A DNA stretch of 64,000 nt from Oceanispirochaeta sp. (GTDB taxonomy: Bacteria; Spirochaetota; Spirochaetia; DSM-2461). Shown piece after piece: positions 18,001 through 27,126 of this stretch (positions are counted from its first letter, which is position 1; each line of letters opens with the position of its first letter). Both the position numbers and the translations under genes were made by a program. The notes under the pieces are model-generated. The model was not told the DNA's origin and made no database searches. It was given only the letters and a program-made list of their open reading frames with translations. Where the stretch lies: NCBI GenBank assembly GCA_963666275.2, contig CAXXOA010000001.1:1920001-1984000 (forward strand), in the 5' to 3' direction.

Positions 18001-18106
18001 TATCAAAGTCATCGTGTCCATCGGCCTCAGTGGTTTGTAAATCTTTCTTTACCCAGGTGCCGTAATTTTCAAGATCATTGTTTTCGTTATCTAAGTTACT
18101 GGCCAT
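15032..18106 (-). CDS. Large highly acidic low-complexity protein with heptad repeat array
   Basis: 1024 aa, D/E-rich; ordered islands at the N-terminus (YGTWVKK), a coiled coil, and the C-terminus (LTYMDQLLESLPEEKIQEFARSEHF); GGGAG RBS upstream. Confidence 0.85.
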   Translation of the reverse strand: MASNLDNENNDLENYGTWVKKDLQTTEADGHDDFDMDSMDISELNLDQDEDELDLGDDFLGDMDSLEIEDQDSLEDFNLDDIQDLDDGLISPEEEDELISMSEDNWQPEDDMVLDNWSHDDTDYTPEDNEAAGDFLEESEDVFSPEKAPETSVPKTDHSMDLVERQTKLLEKIESELSVIKDEILDIRSQLKSGPVSLGTENESVFDSAEKETQPEVKGFFEDDDDESIVLTGDELDNIINTAEITSEDGEESPDDFSEEDPGLSLLSEPDAIEAEDFADEEDDLFSGGEDFLQEEENSPIDDIFSLDEEDFSLDEEELSLDEEELSLNEEDLSLDEEEVSLDEEELSLDEEELSLDEEELSLDEEELSLDEEDLSLDEEELSLDEDDLTLNEEDLSLDEEDLSLDKEDLSLDEEDLSLDEEDLSLDEEDLSLDEEDLSLDEEDLSLDEEDLSLDEEDLSLDEEELSLDEEELSLDEEELSLDEEELSLDEEELSLDEEELSLDEEELSLDEEELSLDEEELSLDEEELSLDEEELSLDEEELSLDEEESFDADLMDLDSIPEIEDVVLEDLDESDEELIIDLAKEDSEAVSEEIPSDVSDIDKILEDTEEVSLDEFDLESDDSFTSPDEDLPFQDVEDVSLDELLGDSEFTETQSSDQNAEEPFDFDLDITEINENDFDEGEVVDLDDDLDIEELEIEEDNLSAAGDEVDDSLEEIEDISLPELEEELNETEMSLDNSNLPDLDDIDSLEISDDDLPGIIESETEITLDISDQINDSITDLVDSDDLELPGTEDIDLNSLEALARMDDSDSSEAEQDVIDELEEIEEPIEIDLDDISDDVTENLSELIDDSNEDDASDDYISIDLPADSEDLTHVDDFNESSDEIEADEVDTEEIDDSLSDMEEIEDIELVEEPEEFKFEQDIEEPSDQNPVEQIKTSSDNAENPAKPTGLESLLPSASTLAQLDKQTSLEHLPKELKDEIRDILTYMDQLLESLPEEKIQEFARSEHFEVYKKIFEELGISS
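16460..17194 (-). repeat. In-frame 21-bp tandem repeat, 35 copies (consensus peptide LSLDEE[E/D])
   Basis: 735 bp = 35 x 21; + strand units such as ttcttcctcatccagagagag and gtcttcttcatccagggaaag. Confidence 0.95.
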
Positions 18107-18253
18107 TTAGATCTCCCATCCAAAAAAAAACCTTTAGTTGTCATATCGGCAGAAAAGTATAAATTGTTGAAAACTATATTAATTATTGTCATATTGTAAC
18201 AGAATTGGAAATGAATGTGTTAAGGTTTTTCCCAATATTCCGTAAATCTAAGC

Positions 18254-18694
18254 ATGAAGTTTAGAAGTTTCAAATGGATTTTTTTATCTCTTTTTATTCT
18301 GTACTCCCTCTCTCTGTTCCTATGGGGGGACAGTGGTTTAAATGCAATGAAAAAACAGCTGAATATTGAAAAAGAACTGCACAGAAACCTGAGTGTTCTT
18401 GTTTCAACCAATGAAAAGCTTAATAAGCAGCTGGACTCCTATCGGTATGACCCTGAAACAATTATCATTCAGGCACGGGAACTGGGATACATTCAGGAAG
18501 GGGAGAAGATGCTTTTTGTTAAAGGAATCAGTGATAGCTCTCATGTCCAGAAACCGGGCAATGTTATACTGCCTCAGACACCCAGTGAATCCGGTGAAAA
18601 AATCATCAGAGCATTCTTCTTTATTTCAATGATACTGACAGCTGCTTTTTCGCTTCTCAGAACTCTGAAAGGAACTTTAAACCATAAACACTGA
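18254..18694 (+). CDS. Septum formation initiator (FtsB/DivIC family)
   Basis: TM helix, then WGDSGL, coiled coil, ARELGYIQEGE. Confidence 0.85.
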   Translation: MKFRSFKWIFLSLFILYSLSLFLWGDSGLNAMKKQLNIEKELHRNLSVLVSTNEKLNKQLDSYRYDPETIIIQARELGYIQEGEKMLFVKGISDSSHVQKPGNVILPQTPSESGEKIIRAFFFISMILTAAFSLLRTLKGTLNHKH

Positions 18695-18695
18695 A

Positions 18696-19508
18696 TTACA
18701 GAGTTTTGACTGTGCCGAGATCAGTTTTATTGTCTTTGAATACATCAGGATTGGTCAGATGCTCTCTGTAAAGTCCTTCTCTTTTATAGAGAAGTTCCAG
18801 AGGGACCTGGTAAGCCTGTTCTACAATATCTTTTGTAAGAACAGCTTCAGTTCTCCCGTAGCTGATGGAATGATCCTTGTGAAAAAGAAGTGTCTGATCT
18901 GAATATCTTTTTGAAAGATCAAGCTCATGGATAGAATAGATCAGAGAAAAGTTCCTGCCTGAGGCATAATCTTTCAAATATTCCAGAACAATCTCTTTCC
19001 AGCGGTTCTCCAGAGCAAAAACGGGTTCATCAAGAAGGAGAATCTCTGATCCATAGAGAAGACTGAAGGCAATCAGAATTTTCTGCATCTCCCCCTTGCT
19101 CACGGATTGAACAGGCCTGTCTAATACAGGCTCAAGGCCGAAGACATGGATAAGCTCCTCTACAAGATTATAGGATCCGCTGCTGTGGTTTCCATTCTGA
19201 AAAACAATCTCAAGCAATTCTTTAACAGGTTCCTCTGTCTGAAATTCCATATTCTGATAGACAAAAGAGGCTGTAAGATTCCTCTCTTCCTCCGAACGAA
19301 AGGACAGGGAATCCTTTCCCTGTATAAAAATTTTACCGGAAGAGGGATAAAGACGGCCTCCCGCCAGCAGCATAAATGTTGTTTTACCAGTCCCATTCTG
19401 ACCAACCAGTGATGTGATACCAGGAGCCAGGTCTATACTGAGCCCACTAAAAACCGGTTTATCCCCCTGTTCATAGGAGAAATGTACATCCTGAAATACT
19501 ATTGACAT
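18696..19508 (-). CDS. ABC transporter-type ATP-binding protein
   Basis: GQNGTGKT, deviant signature VSKGEMQK, LLLDEP, H-loop SIHEL. Confidence 0.85.
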   Translation of the reverse strand: MSIVFQDVHFSYEQGDKPVFSGLSIDLAPGITSLVGQNGTGKTTFMLLAGGRLYPSSGKIFIQGKDSLSFRSEEERNLTASFVYQNMEFQTEEPVKELLEIVFQNGNHSSGSYNLVEELIHVFGLEPVLDRPVQSVSKGEMQKILIAFSLLYGSEILLLDEPVFALENRWKEIVLEYLKDYASGRNFSLIYSIHELDLSKRYSDQTLLFHKDHSISYGRTEAVLTKDIVEQAYQVPLELLYKREGLYREHLTNPDVFKDNKTDLGTVKTL

Positions 19509-19527
19509 TGCGTATAAACCTTTTATT

Positions 19528-20523
19528 CTATTTATTTCTGTTAATATATTCTGGAATGGTATTCATAGGAGGCCTTTCCGCCTCGGGAATATTGTACTCC
19601 ACACTCTCAAAAATTTCATCTTTCACCTGAAACTGCCTGAATATGGTTGGTAAATCACCCAGTTCCTGAATCATATTGTACTGAACCAGTCTGTTCAGGA
19701 AAGTCTGGAGTATTCCGAATGACATCTTCCCAAGAGCCCTTGTTGTCTGATTCCTGTGTACACGCTGATCCAGGTCTGTCTGGGCAAAAGCACTCATACC
19801 GTACTGACGGTAAACATCCAGAAGATGAGACGTTTCAACACCATACCCGATGGGAAAAGGAATGGATTCCAGAACCTCTCTCCTGACGGCATATTCGCCG
19901 GAAAGAGGCTGTATGATCGCTGTGAGCTCCGGAAAGAAAAGAGAGAAGAGAGGCCTGGTCAGTATTTCGGTGACTCTCCCGCCTCCTGAAGGACGAATGG
20001 AGTCGGAAAAAGCAAGAGGCCTGTCATAAAAAGCTTTCACATACTGTATCTCCGGTCTCTGAATCAGTGGTCCTACAAGTCCGTAGACAAATCGGGGATG
20101 AATATTCTTTATGTCCGCATCTATGTAGACGATAATATCACCCTTCAGCTGATAGATGGCTTTCCAGAGGTTTTCCCCTTTGCCGCGCATGGGTTCAAGA
20201 TTTGGAAGAATATCCGCAGCAAGATAGGTATCTGCGCCGAAGGAAGCAGCCACTTCAAGAGTTCTGTCTTCTGAACCCGAATCAATAACAGCAAACTCAT
20301 CTATGAGAGGATACCGGTTCATCAGCTCCGATTTGAAAATTACAACTTCTTTTCCAATAGTCTTTTCTTCATTGAGTGTAGGTATACACAGAGAAATCGT
20401 CAGGCCGGATTTCTCCTTTGCTTCAACAAGCTCTTTCAAGTCCTGAAAATCAGAATGATGGTATGTATTGTCCTTAAGCCAGGAATTAATTTTCACTGCA
20501 GTACCCCTTATCAATGGCTTCAA
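19528..20523 (-). CDS. gpgS: Glucosyl-3-phosphoglycerate synthase (GT-A fold)
   Basis: PTLNEE, IDSGSEDRT, GKGE, DAD, GGGRVTE, QPLSGEYA, GYGVE, HRNQ; true start may be an internal GTG near 20496. Confidence 0.88.
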   Translation of the reverse strand: MKPLIRGTAVKINSWLKDNTYHHSDFQDLKELVEAKEKSGLTISLCIPTLNEEKTIGKEVVIFKSELMNRYPLIDEFAVIDSGSEDRTLEVAASFGADTYLAADILPNLEPMRGKGENLWKAIYQLKGDIIVYIDADIKNIHPRFVYGLVGPLIQRPEIQYVKAFYDRPLAFSDSIRPSGGGRVTEILTRPLFSLFFPELTAIIQPLSGEYAVRREVLESIPFPIGYGVETSHLLDVYRQYGMSAFAQTDLDQRVHRNQTTRALGKMSFGILQTFLNRLVQYNMIQELGDLPTIFRQFQVKDEIFESVEYNIPEAERPPMNTIPEYINRNK

Positions 20524-21655
20524 TTAATCCGATCAGCTGGGCCATCCCTTTTTTAATTGGTTCTATATGGATGGATTCATCAAGTTCGCCCATCTGATCC
20601 CCATCGCTCAGGCCAATGGTTATCGCCGGGATTTTCTTATCAATAAAAGCAGAAAGTTCGGAAGTACTGGGAGATAAACGGGGCTTATAGCCCAGTGTCT
20701 CCAGTATGGAACGGCTGGTGGTATTCAGAGGATGGGAAAAGTGGGTTCCTCCGGGAGATCGTCTTGCCATTTCCCGGAATTCAACCATAGATCCCGTCAT
20801 GGATGTCATTTCTTCCGCCAGAGAATGAATTTTACTGGCGAGTTCCGTTACCATTTCATCAGACTCACTGCGTATTTCAAACTTCAGTTCTGCTTTGGTC
20901 GGGAGTGTATTATAGGATTTTCCTCCATGGATAGAACCCAGTACAATGCTGGTTTTGGGCTTATGGGGAAGAGGAATCTCCAGGATTTTGTTTATCAGTT
21001 CATTCATATTGACAATAGCGCTGACCGCATTGAATCTGGTCCAGTCGTACTCGATAGGAACTTCGCAGGTTAGACGCCCCCGGAGCATTCCTATGGAAGT
21101 GTAACTGAGACGACCCAGTTTTACTCCTTCCACACAGACGCCTGCGGTTATCGGCCTTTTAAAGTTATCCATAAAGAATCTCAAACCTTCAATATCTCCA
21201 TGCCCCAGACTCCGTGATGAACCCATAAGAATCAGATTAGACTCAAACTGGATATCCATTTTTTCAAGGATCATCGGCAAAGTGGCAAGAGCAGCCAGTC
21301 CCAGACCGTCGTCACCCACAGCAGGACCGATAACAGCGTCGGGCTGTACCGTTATGGTATGATCAACACTAGTGGGAAAGATTGTATCTAAATGGGCTAC
21401 AATGAGAATATTGCTGTCTCTGGATTTCCCCGGAATTATCCCCAGGGCATTTCCTTTTTCATCTTCCGAACAGTTTTCCAGATTGTATTCTGTAAACCTG
21501 TTCAATAAAAACTGAGTTCGCTCTTTTTCACTGAAAGTGGGAGAAGGTATTTCACTGATCATAATAAGATTTGTCAGTATACTTTCTTTAAACTTTCCCA
21601 GCTCAGTTTCATAATTCGGAAGTCTTTGAAGAACTTCTTCACAGATTCTGTTCAT
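20486..21655 (-). CDS. M20/M28 metallopeptidase-fold protein, apparently catalytically degenerate
   Basis: PTFSE, GNALG, AHLDTIFP, GDD and IPAITIG are present; the EE motif and C-terminal His are not. Confidence 0.75.
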   Translation of the reverse strand: MNRICEEVLQRLPNYETELGKFKESILTNLIMISEIPSPTFSEKERTQFLLNRFTEYNLENCSEDEKGNALGIIPGKSRDSNILIVAHLDTIFPTSVDHTITVQPDAVIGPAVGDDGLGLAALATLPMILEKMDIQFESNLILMGSSRSLGHGDIEGLRFFMDNFKRPITAGVCVEGVKLGRLSYTSIGMLRGRLTCEVPIEYDWTRFNAVSAIVNMNELINKILEIPLPHKPKTSIVLGSIHGGKSYNTLPTKAELKFEIRSESDEMVTELASKIHSLAEEMTSMTGSMVEFREMARRSPGGTHFSHPLNTTSRSILETLGYKPRLSPSTSELSAFIDKKIPAITIGLSDGDQMGELDESIHIEPIKKGMAQLIGLIEAIDKGYCSEN

Positions 21656-21809
21656 AAATTTGTCCCTGATTTTTTGTATGGATAGTATTTATTATAAAGA
21701 AAAGTATCATTTCTGCAATGGCAGGAGAATAAAATAAAAATACTGCAAACTTCGATTATTGAAAGCAAAAAACCTGAAAAGATTGTTCACATTCCAATAA
21801 TTTATTAGA

Positions 21810-23183
21810 ATGGAACATAAAACAGGTTTTAAACTCTGCATAAAAACCGTAGATCAGGGGGCTTCTGTGAAAAAGAAACTGGACTTTAGAGTCAAAACAA
21901 TAGGGGAGTGCAAGGTAAAATCTCCCATGCCTTTCTCAAATATACAGGGCGACAGCATAGCAAACTTTGTCCGGGATGATCAGTATGTTCTTCATTCCGT
22001 CATAATGGGAGACAACCAGAACTGGGAGAATGTCCACGAGTATGCTCTGGAAATGGCCGGCCCGAGAGAGAACATATATTTTAACCCGGGTCATGTCCAT
22101 GCAGGGATTGTTACCTGCGGCGGACTCTGTCCGGGCCTGAACAATGTAATCCGTGCACTGGTAAGAACATTATGGCTCAGGTACAACGTCAGAAGGATCT
22201 CAGGGATTCAGTACGGATACAAAGGGTTTCTACCGGAATATAATATTCCTACAAAAGCGCTTGATATTGATAATGTTGATGATATTCACAACATGGGAGG
22301 TTCAATTCTCGGTTCAGCCCGGGGGGGAGCCAACGATGTAGAAAGACTGGTGGATGCCATTGAGCAGCTGAATATGAACATGCTATTCACAATCGGAGGA
22401 GACGGAACACAGAGAGCGGCTCTGGAAATCTCAGAAGAAGTAGAGAGAAGAGGTCTTAAGATTGCCATTGTTGGTATTCCCAAAACGATAGATAACGACT
22501 TGAGTTTTATGGATAAATCCTTTGGCTTTGATACGGCTGTATTTAAAGCGGAACAGGCGGTTCATGCAGCCCATGTGGAAGCGAAATCCGCTATTGACGG
22601 TATCGGTCTTGTCAAAGTCATGGGACGGGAATCAGGATTCATTGCAGCCCACACCACACTCGCCACAAGCGATGTGAACTTCTGTCTTATACCGGAAGTC
22701 CCCTTCAAGCTCGATGGAGAACACGGCCTCCTCAAATCCATAGAAGACCGTCTTGACCGGAGAGCTCATGCCGTGATTCTGGTTGCGGAAGGAGCAGGTC
22801 AGGAACTGCTCGAAGCTACCAATGCAACAGACGAAGGGGGCAATAAAAAGCTGGCAGATATCGGTATTTTTCTCAAAGATTCCATAACCGATTATTTCAA
22901 AAAGATTAAAAGGGAAATGAATCTTAAATACATTGATCCCAGCTATATGATCAGGGCCTCTGCAGCGACCCCCAATGATGCGCTCTACTGTGCCCGTCTC
23001 GGAGCCAATGCGGTCCACGCGGCCATGTCAGGACGGACAGGAATGCTTATTTCCGAGTGGAATAATGCGTTTGTCCATATCCCCATTCAGATGGCCGTTT
23101 CAAAAAAGAATAAAGTAGACCCCGAAGGACCGCTGTGGAGAGATGTTCTCGAAGCCACACAGCAGCCTATTACGATGAAATAA
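21810..23183 (+). CDS. pfkA: ATP-dependent 6-phosphofructokinase (group II, clade X type)
   Basis: TCGGLCPGLN, GGDGT with PKTIDND, MGRESG, YIDPSYMIR. Confidence 0.92.
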   Translation: MEHKTGFKLCIKTVDQGASVKKKLDFRVKTIGECKVKSPMPFSNIQGDSIANFVRDDQYVLHSVIMGDNQNWENVHEYALEMAGPRENIYFNPGHVHAGIVTCGGLCPGLNNVIRALVRTLWLRYNVRRISGIQYGYKGFLPEYNIPTKALDIDNVDDIHNMGGSILGSARGGANDVERLVDAIEQLNMNMLFTIGGDGTQRAALEISEEVERRGLKIAIVGIPKTIDNDLSFMDKSFGFDTAVFKAEQAVHAAHVEAKSAIDGIGLVKVMGRESGFIAAHTTLATSDVNFCLIPEVPFKLDGEHGLLKSIEDRLDRRAHAVILVAEGAGQELLEATNATDEGGNKKLADIGIFLKDSITDYFKKIKREMNLKYIDPSYMIRASAATPNDALYCARLGANAVHAAMSGRTGMLISEWNNAFVHIPIQMAVSKKNKVDPEGPLWRDVLEATQQPITMK

Positions 23184-23203
23184 AATTCCACTTTAGTTTC
23201 TAT

Positions 23204-23236
23204 AAAAGCCGCCGTCTACTGCACGGCGGCTTTTTT
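23204..23236 (+). terminator. Intrinsic terminator of pfk
   Basis: aaaagccgccgt-loop-acggcggctttttt. Confidence 0.85.
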
Positions 23237-23241
23237 CTGGC

Positions 23242-23272
23242 AAAAAATAACCTGCCGTTGCCGGCAGGTTAT
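23242..23272 (-). terminator. Intrinsic terminator of greA
   Basis: ataacctgccg-ttgc-cggcaggttat with an A-tract that gives a U-tail on the minus strand. Confidence 0.8.
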
Positions 23273-23296
23273 ATATTTTACAATTATCTATGCTAT

Positions 23297-25987
23297 TTAG
23301 ATCAATTCTGATTTCTCGATAGACAGTACCTTGAACTTATAATCTTTCTCATTAATGGTAAAACTGAGTTTTCTTCCTTTTCTTGCACCGTAAATGGCAT
23401 TTCCGAAAGGTGATACATAAGAAATGACATTATTGGAAGGATCGGATTCCCAGGGGCCGAGAATGGTGTAAACTTCATCTTCATCGGTTATCTCGTTGTG
23501 CAGAACCACTTTGGTACCGAAGGAAATCTTTTTCACATCAACAGTGGAAGGATCAAAGACCTTAGCTTTTTCAATTCCTTCTTTCAGTTTTCCAACCTGA
23601 ATATTGAGAGATTCCTGCTTCTCTTTTCCCGCTTTGTATTCGGCATTTTCTTTAAGGTCTCCCATTTCAATGGCAATACCAATCTCTTTGGAGTTTTTGG
23701 GAACCTCAACCTCAAGAATATATTTCAGTTCTTTCTGCTTTTCTCTCAGGCTCTCTTCCAGAGTGATAAGAGATCTGCTGCCTGAAGAAACAGCCTTTTC
23801 CTCTGTTTCACCAAGGAAGCGAATATTGGGATATTTATCAACAATCTTCTGTCTGAGATCCAGTTTAACAGACACATCGAGCTCTTTTACATCCTGCAGG
23901 AGTGTAAATAGCCGGCTTACGGTATCTTCATCGCCGCTCAGGATAAAAGATTCCAGTCGCTGCTCTTTGAATAAATAGGTCATAATTGCTCTATTTATTT
24001 TCTTGTTTTCTGTCACATCTTTCTTGTTGCTGATGTCTCTGAATGTAATATCCAGAAGGTGAATCATGTTGATAAGAATCTTTTCGTACTGAAAAGAGAG
24101 CTTTTCAAACCATTCCTCTTCTACGGCATTTCTGGCAATCCAGAGGAAAGCATCCCGATACTCTCTGTAATGAGACAGAATATCCTGGAGTTTATCTTTT
24201 ACAAGATCATCAAATCCTTTGCTGATAAGTTCATCAAGGATAGTTTTGTTGAGGTAGTAGGGGAAAAGCTGAATGTAATAGTTCTGCCATCCCTCGATAT
24301 GCCTTTTGATTTCCACAAGGAATTCTTTTTTCAGATCGGCATACTGAATGTTCTTAAACAGTTCGTCAAGATCCTCTATATCATCAAAAAGTTCCTGAAA
24401 ACCGTAGGTCAGGCCCGGGTTGAGGAAAGGATAGATCTTGATAATTTTATTTACAAAGAGGTAGCTGCAGACAACCTGCTCATTCACATTCGCTGCCTTC
24501 AGAAAAGACGTGAAATAGGTGAACATTTCAGCAAAATAGTCTGAATCCGGATCCGCTTCACGCATAAAATCCAGGATGGTCTGATACCTGTCGAAAAAAT
24601 TATTTTCCGCTTTAAACTTATTAAAAGTTTTCTCTTCGATGGTAATGGGTTTGTCCCTGACCATAAAAAGGTCAAGCTTATCCGGCATATTACCGAAATC
24701 CGCATCGGTTTTCAGGATCCGTCTGGCTTCTGTACTCCAGCTTGACCACTCGCTCTGAGTGAGTATGGAGGGAACCAGTTCAGCCTTGATCCTTTTCATA
24801 TCTGCAGCATTATCAAAACTTTTGATTACAGTTTTAAGAGTCCAGGGAATATCGGATTTTACTTTTTTATGAAGTTTCTCTTTGGAAATGACACTTTTAA
24901 GAACCCAGATATGGTTCTTATCCAGACTCATAAGAGCATTAACTCCCATTTTCAGAGACATGGTATGTCCCCGTCTTTCAGCAAAATCTATGGTGATATT
25001 GTCACCTTTAATAGATTTGATGACACCTACACCCCAGGATTTGTGAAATACGAAATTCCCAGCATCAAAAGAGATATGTTTTTCAAAGTCGGAAATCGCT
25101 TCCGTGATATTACGCCAGCTCTGGTTCAGGTTGGACAGTTTGATATACTCTTCCAGCTGACTGTGGTTTTCATACATTTTCCTGTAACAGTTGACAATCT
25201 CTTTTCTAGCCCAGGGATTTTTTGCATCGTACTGAAGAATCCTCTTGAGAGTATCAATTGCAACATCCCATTTCCCTGTTTCAACGATGGCAGGGTAGAG
25301 GTCCTCCAGGAGCATTGCTGATCTTTCGGCAGACATTGTTTTAGAGATTTTCTTTTCAATAAGCTGAAAAAATTCCAGATCTTCAATATTCAGTTCAATC
25401 AGTTTGCTCCAGATGTCTTTAACATTGGAAAAAAGATTTTTATTGATATATCTGTGGATGGCTTTTTTATAATAATCGACAGCTTCTTCTGTTTTGCCTT
25501 CGTCTTCTTTCTTTTCCGCAAGCTTTTTGACAATATCCGCTTCGTTGTAATCGATTTTGATTAAACGTTCCCAGATATCGAAAACTTCTTCTTCCCTGTC
25601 GGAATTGCTGTAACATTCCGCCAGAACGCGAAGAGCCATTTTATTTTCACCGAACTGAAGAATCCTGTTGCAGAGATACTCCACGATATTCCATTTGTGA
25701 TTTCCCGAAAAGATGTTGATCAATTCCACCAGATGTGAATCATCAATGAGCTGTTTGTTTAAAGATATGATTCCGGAAATATACAGAGCGATAATACTGT
25801 TTTTGGAATGGCTGAGATGCTCTTCGCAAAGATCGAGAATTTCGTTCTGCACATCCGAGCTCAGAATCTCATCGATCGTTTCATCCAGTTCCTTCAGGTT
25901 ATTCACCGTATAGTTGCTTAAAGTGGCACGTGTCCATTTCTCTTCATTCAACAAATCATTAATCTTATTAATAAATTCTTCAGACAT
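23297..25987 (-). CDS. greA: Transcription elongation factor GreA, long spirochaete-type with N-terminal helical/TPR region
   Basis: C-terminal GDLKENAEY, FGTKV, YTILGPWESD, ISYVSPFG. Confidence 0.92.
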   Translation of the reverse strand: MSEEFINKINDLLNEEKWTRATLSNYTVNNLKELDETIDEILSSDVQNEILDLCEEHLSHSKNSIIALYISGIISLNKQLIDDSHLVELINIFSGNHKWNIVEYLCNRILQFGENKMALRVLAECYSNSDREEEVFDIWERLIKIDYNEADIVKKLAEKKEDEGKTEEAVDYYKKAIHRYINKNLFSNVKDIWSKLIELNIEDLEFFQLIEKKISKTMSAERSAMLLEDLYPAIVETGKWDVAIDTLKRILQYDAKNPWARKEIVNCYRKMYENHSQLEEYIKLSNLNQSWRNITEAISDFEKHISFDAGNFVFHKSWGVGVIKSIKGDNITIDFAERRGHTMSLKMGVNALMSLDKNHIWVLKSVISKEKLHKKVKSDIPWTLKTVIKSFDNAADMKRIKAELVPSILTQSEWSSWSTEARRILKTDADFGNMPDKLDLFMVRDKPITIEEKTFNKFKAENNFFDRYQTILDFMREADPDSDYFAEMFTYFTSFLKAANVNEQVVCSYLFVNKIIKIYPFLNPGLTYGFQELFDDIEDLDELFKNIQYADLKKEFLVEIKRHIEGWQNYYIQLFPYYLNKTILDELISKGFDDLVKDKLQDILSHYREYRDAFLWIARNAVEEEWFEKLSFQYEKILINMIHLLDITFRDISNKKDVTENKKINRAIMTYLFKEQRLESFILSGDEDTVSRLFTLLQDVKELDVSVKLDLRQKIVDKYPNIRFLGETEEKAVSSGSRSLITLEESLREKQKELKYILEVEVPKNSKEIGIAIEMGDLKENAEYKAGKEKQESLNIQVGKLKEGIEKAKVFDPSTVDVKKISFGTKVVLHNEITDEDEVYTILGPWESDPSNNVISYVSPFGNAIYGARKGRKLSFTINEKDYKFKVLSIEKSELI

Positions 25988-26008
25988 ATTTAATAATGCT
26001 CCCCAAAA

Positions 26009-26950
26009 TCAGTTAATGTACTGCTGATAAATTGACGGGCTGAGTAATTTGATATTCATTAAAACCTCGTCAATCGTACTTCTATCTTCTTTTATGCTTA
26101 TATAATGATCTATAAGCCAAAAATACTTATTAATCAGTCGAGGTATCAATACCTCGTCATCATCATTCTGCCGCAGATTACTCTGCAGTGAATATATAGA
26201 CTGTTTGAGCTTACCGTATTCGATAGCCCTCAGTTCCCGTTTCACATTGAAAACGCCGAACAAAACTGCATATACAGGCAGCCACTCATTGATAATGGAC
26301 CCTGTATAGCCCAACCTGCTGATCTTATCGATGACCTTTCTAATAAGACCCGATTCCAGCCGGCTGATATCAATTTCCTGAGGATTGATAAAAAAGGCTT
26401 CTCTGAAAAAGATTTTCGCCCCCTGCATCTCATCCATCAGAGCGTAGGTATCCGCCAGCTCTGCAAGTATCTGCGGGCTTTCCCTGTTGATTCGCGCCCC
26501 CCGTTCAAAACAGACCGCCGCCTTTTCATAATTCCCCAGGACTTTGTTACACTGCCCGATCCTCAAACAGAGAGACACATCCTCCATATCTTCATTCTGA
26601 AGGAGTTCGTAGAACTCTTTTCCTGCCGAGTGGACCATATGCTTCAGGGCCAGGATCCCTTTTTCAATATATTCAGAATTCCTGTTTTTGATCCAGAGAA
26701 GAAACTGATCCCACTGCGTCAGCAGATAGTCCCCTTTTTCAAAGGGACTGGAAAGATCATTCAGTCTCATCCAACGCGTCTGCCAGAATTTGACCATCCT
26801 GTAAAGTTCAGACGTATCTTTTGAATCAAAATCCACAGAATAGGCTTTATCAAGAAGTTCAATAGCTTTATCCAGATCCCGTTTTGCGGTATAACTGCAA
26901 ACCTGATCCAGAAACTGATCTATTTCGCTTTTTTTAGTGTTTGTACCCAT
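26009..26950 (-). CDS. TPR-containing protein
   Basis: IGQCNKVLGNYEKA, LADTYALM helical repeats. Confidence 0.7.
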   Translation of the reverse strand: MGTNTKKSEIDQFLDQVCSYTAKRDLDKAIELLDKAYSVDFDSKDTSELYRMVKFWQTRWMRLNDLSSPFEKGDYLLTQWDQFLLWIKNRNSEYIEKGILALKHMVHSAGKEFYELLQNEDMEDVSLCLRIGQCNKVLGNYEKAAVCFERGARINRESPQILAELADTYALMDEMQGAKIFFREAFFINPQEIDISRLESGLIRKVIDKISRLGYTGSIINEWLPVYAVLFGVFNVKRELRAIEYGKLKQSIYSLQSNLRQNDDDEVLIPRLINKYFWLIDHYISIKEDRSTIDEVLMNIKLLSPSIYQQYIN

Positions 26951-27126
26951 AAAGTTTTTAACATTGCCTACCGGAATTCTGATAAATGCATCTTTCTTAT
27001 TATACTTTTCAGTCTATTTTAGTCAACAAAACAATTAGGACAGAATCGCTATAATTCGGATTTTGCAATATCAATATTGAATAACGACTTATTCACAAAA
27101 ATAAAATATTACGATATCTTGAAAAA

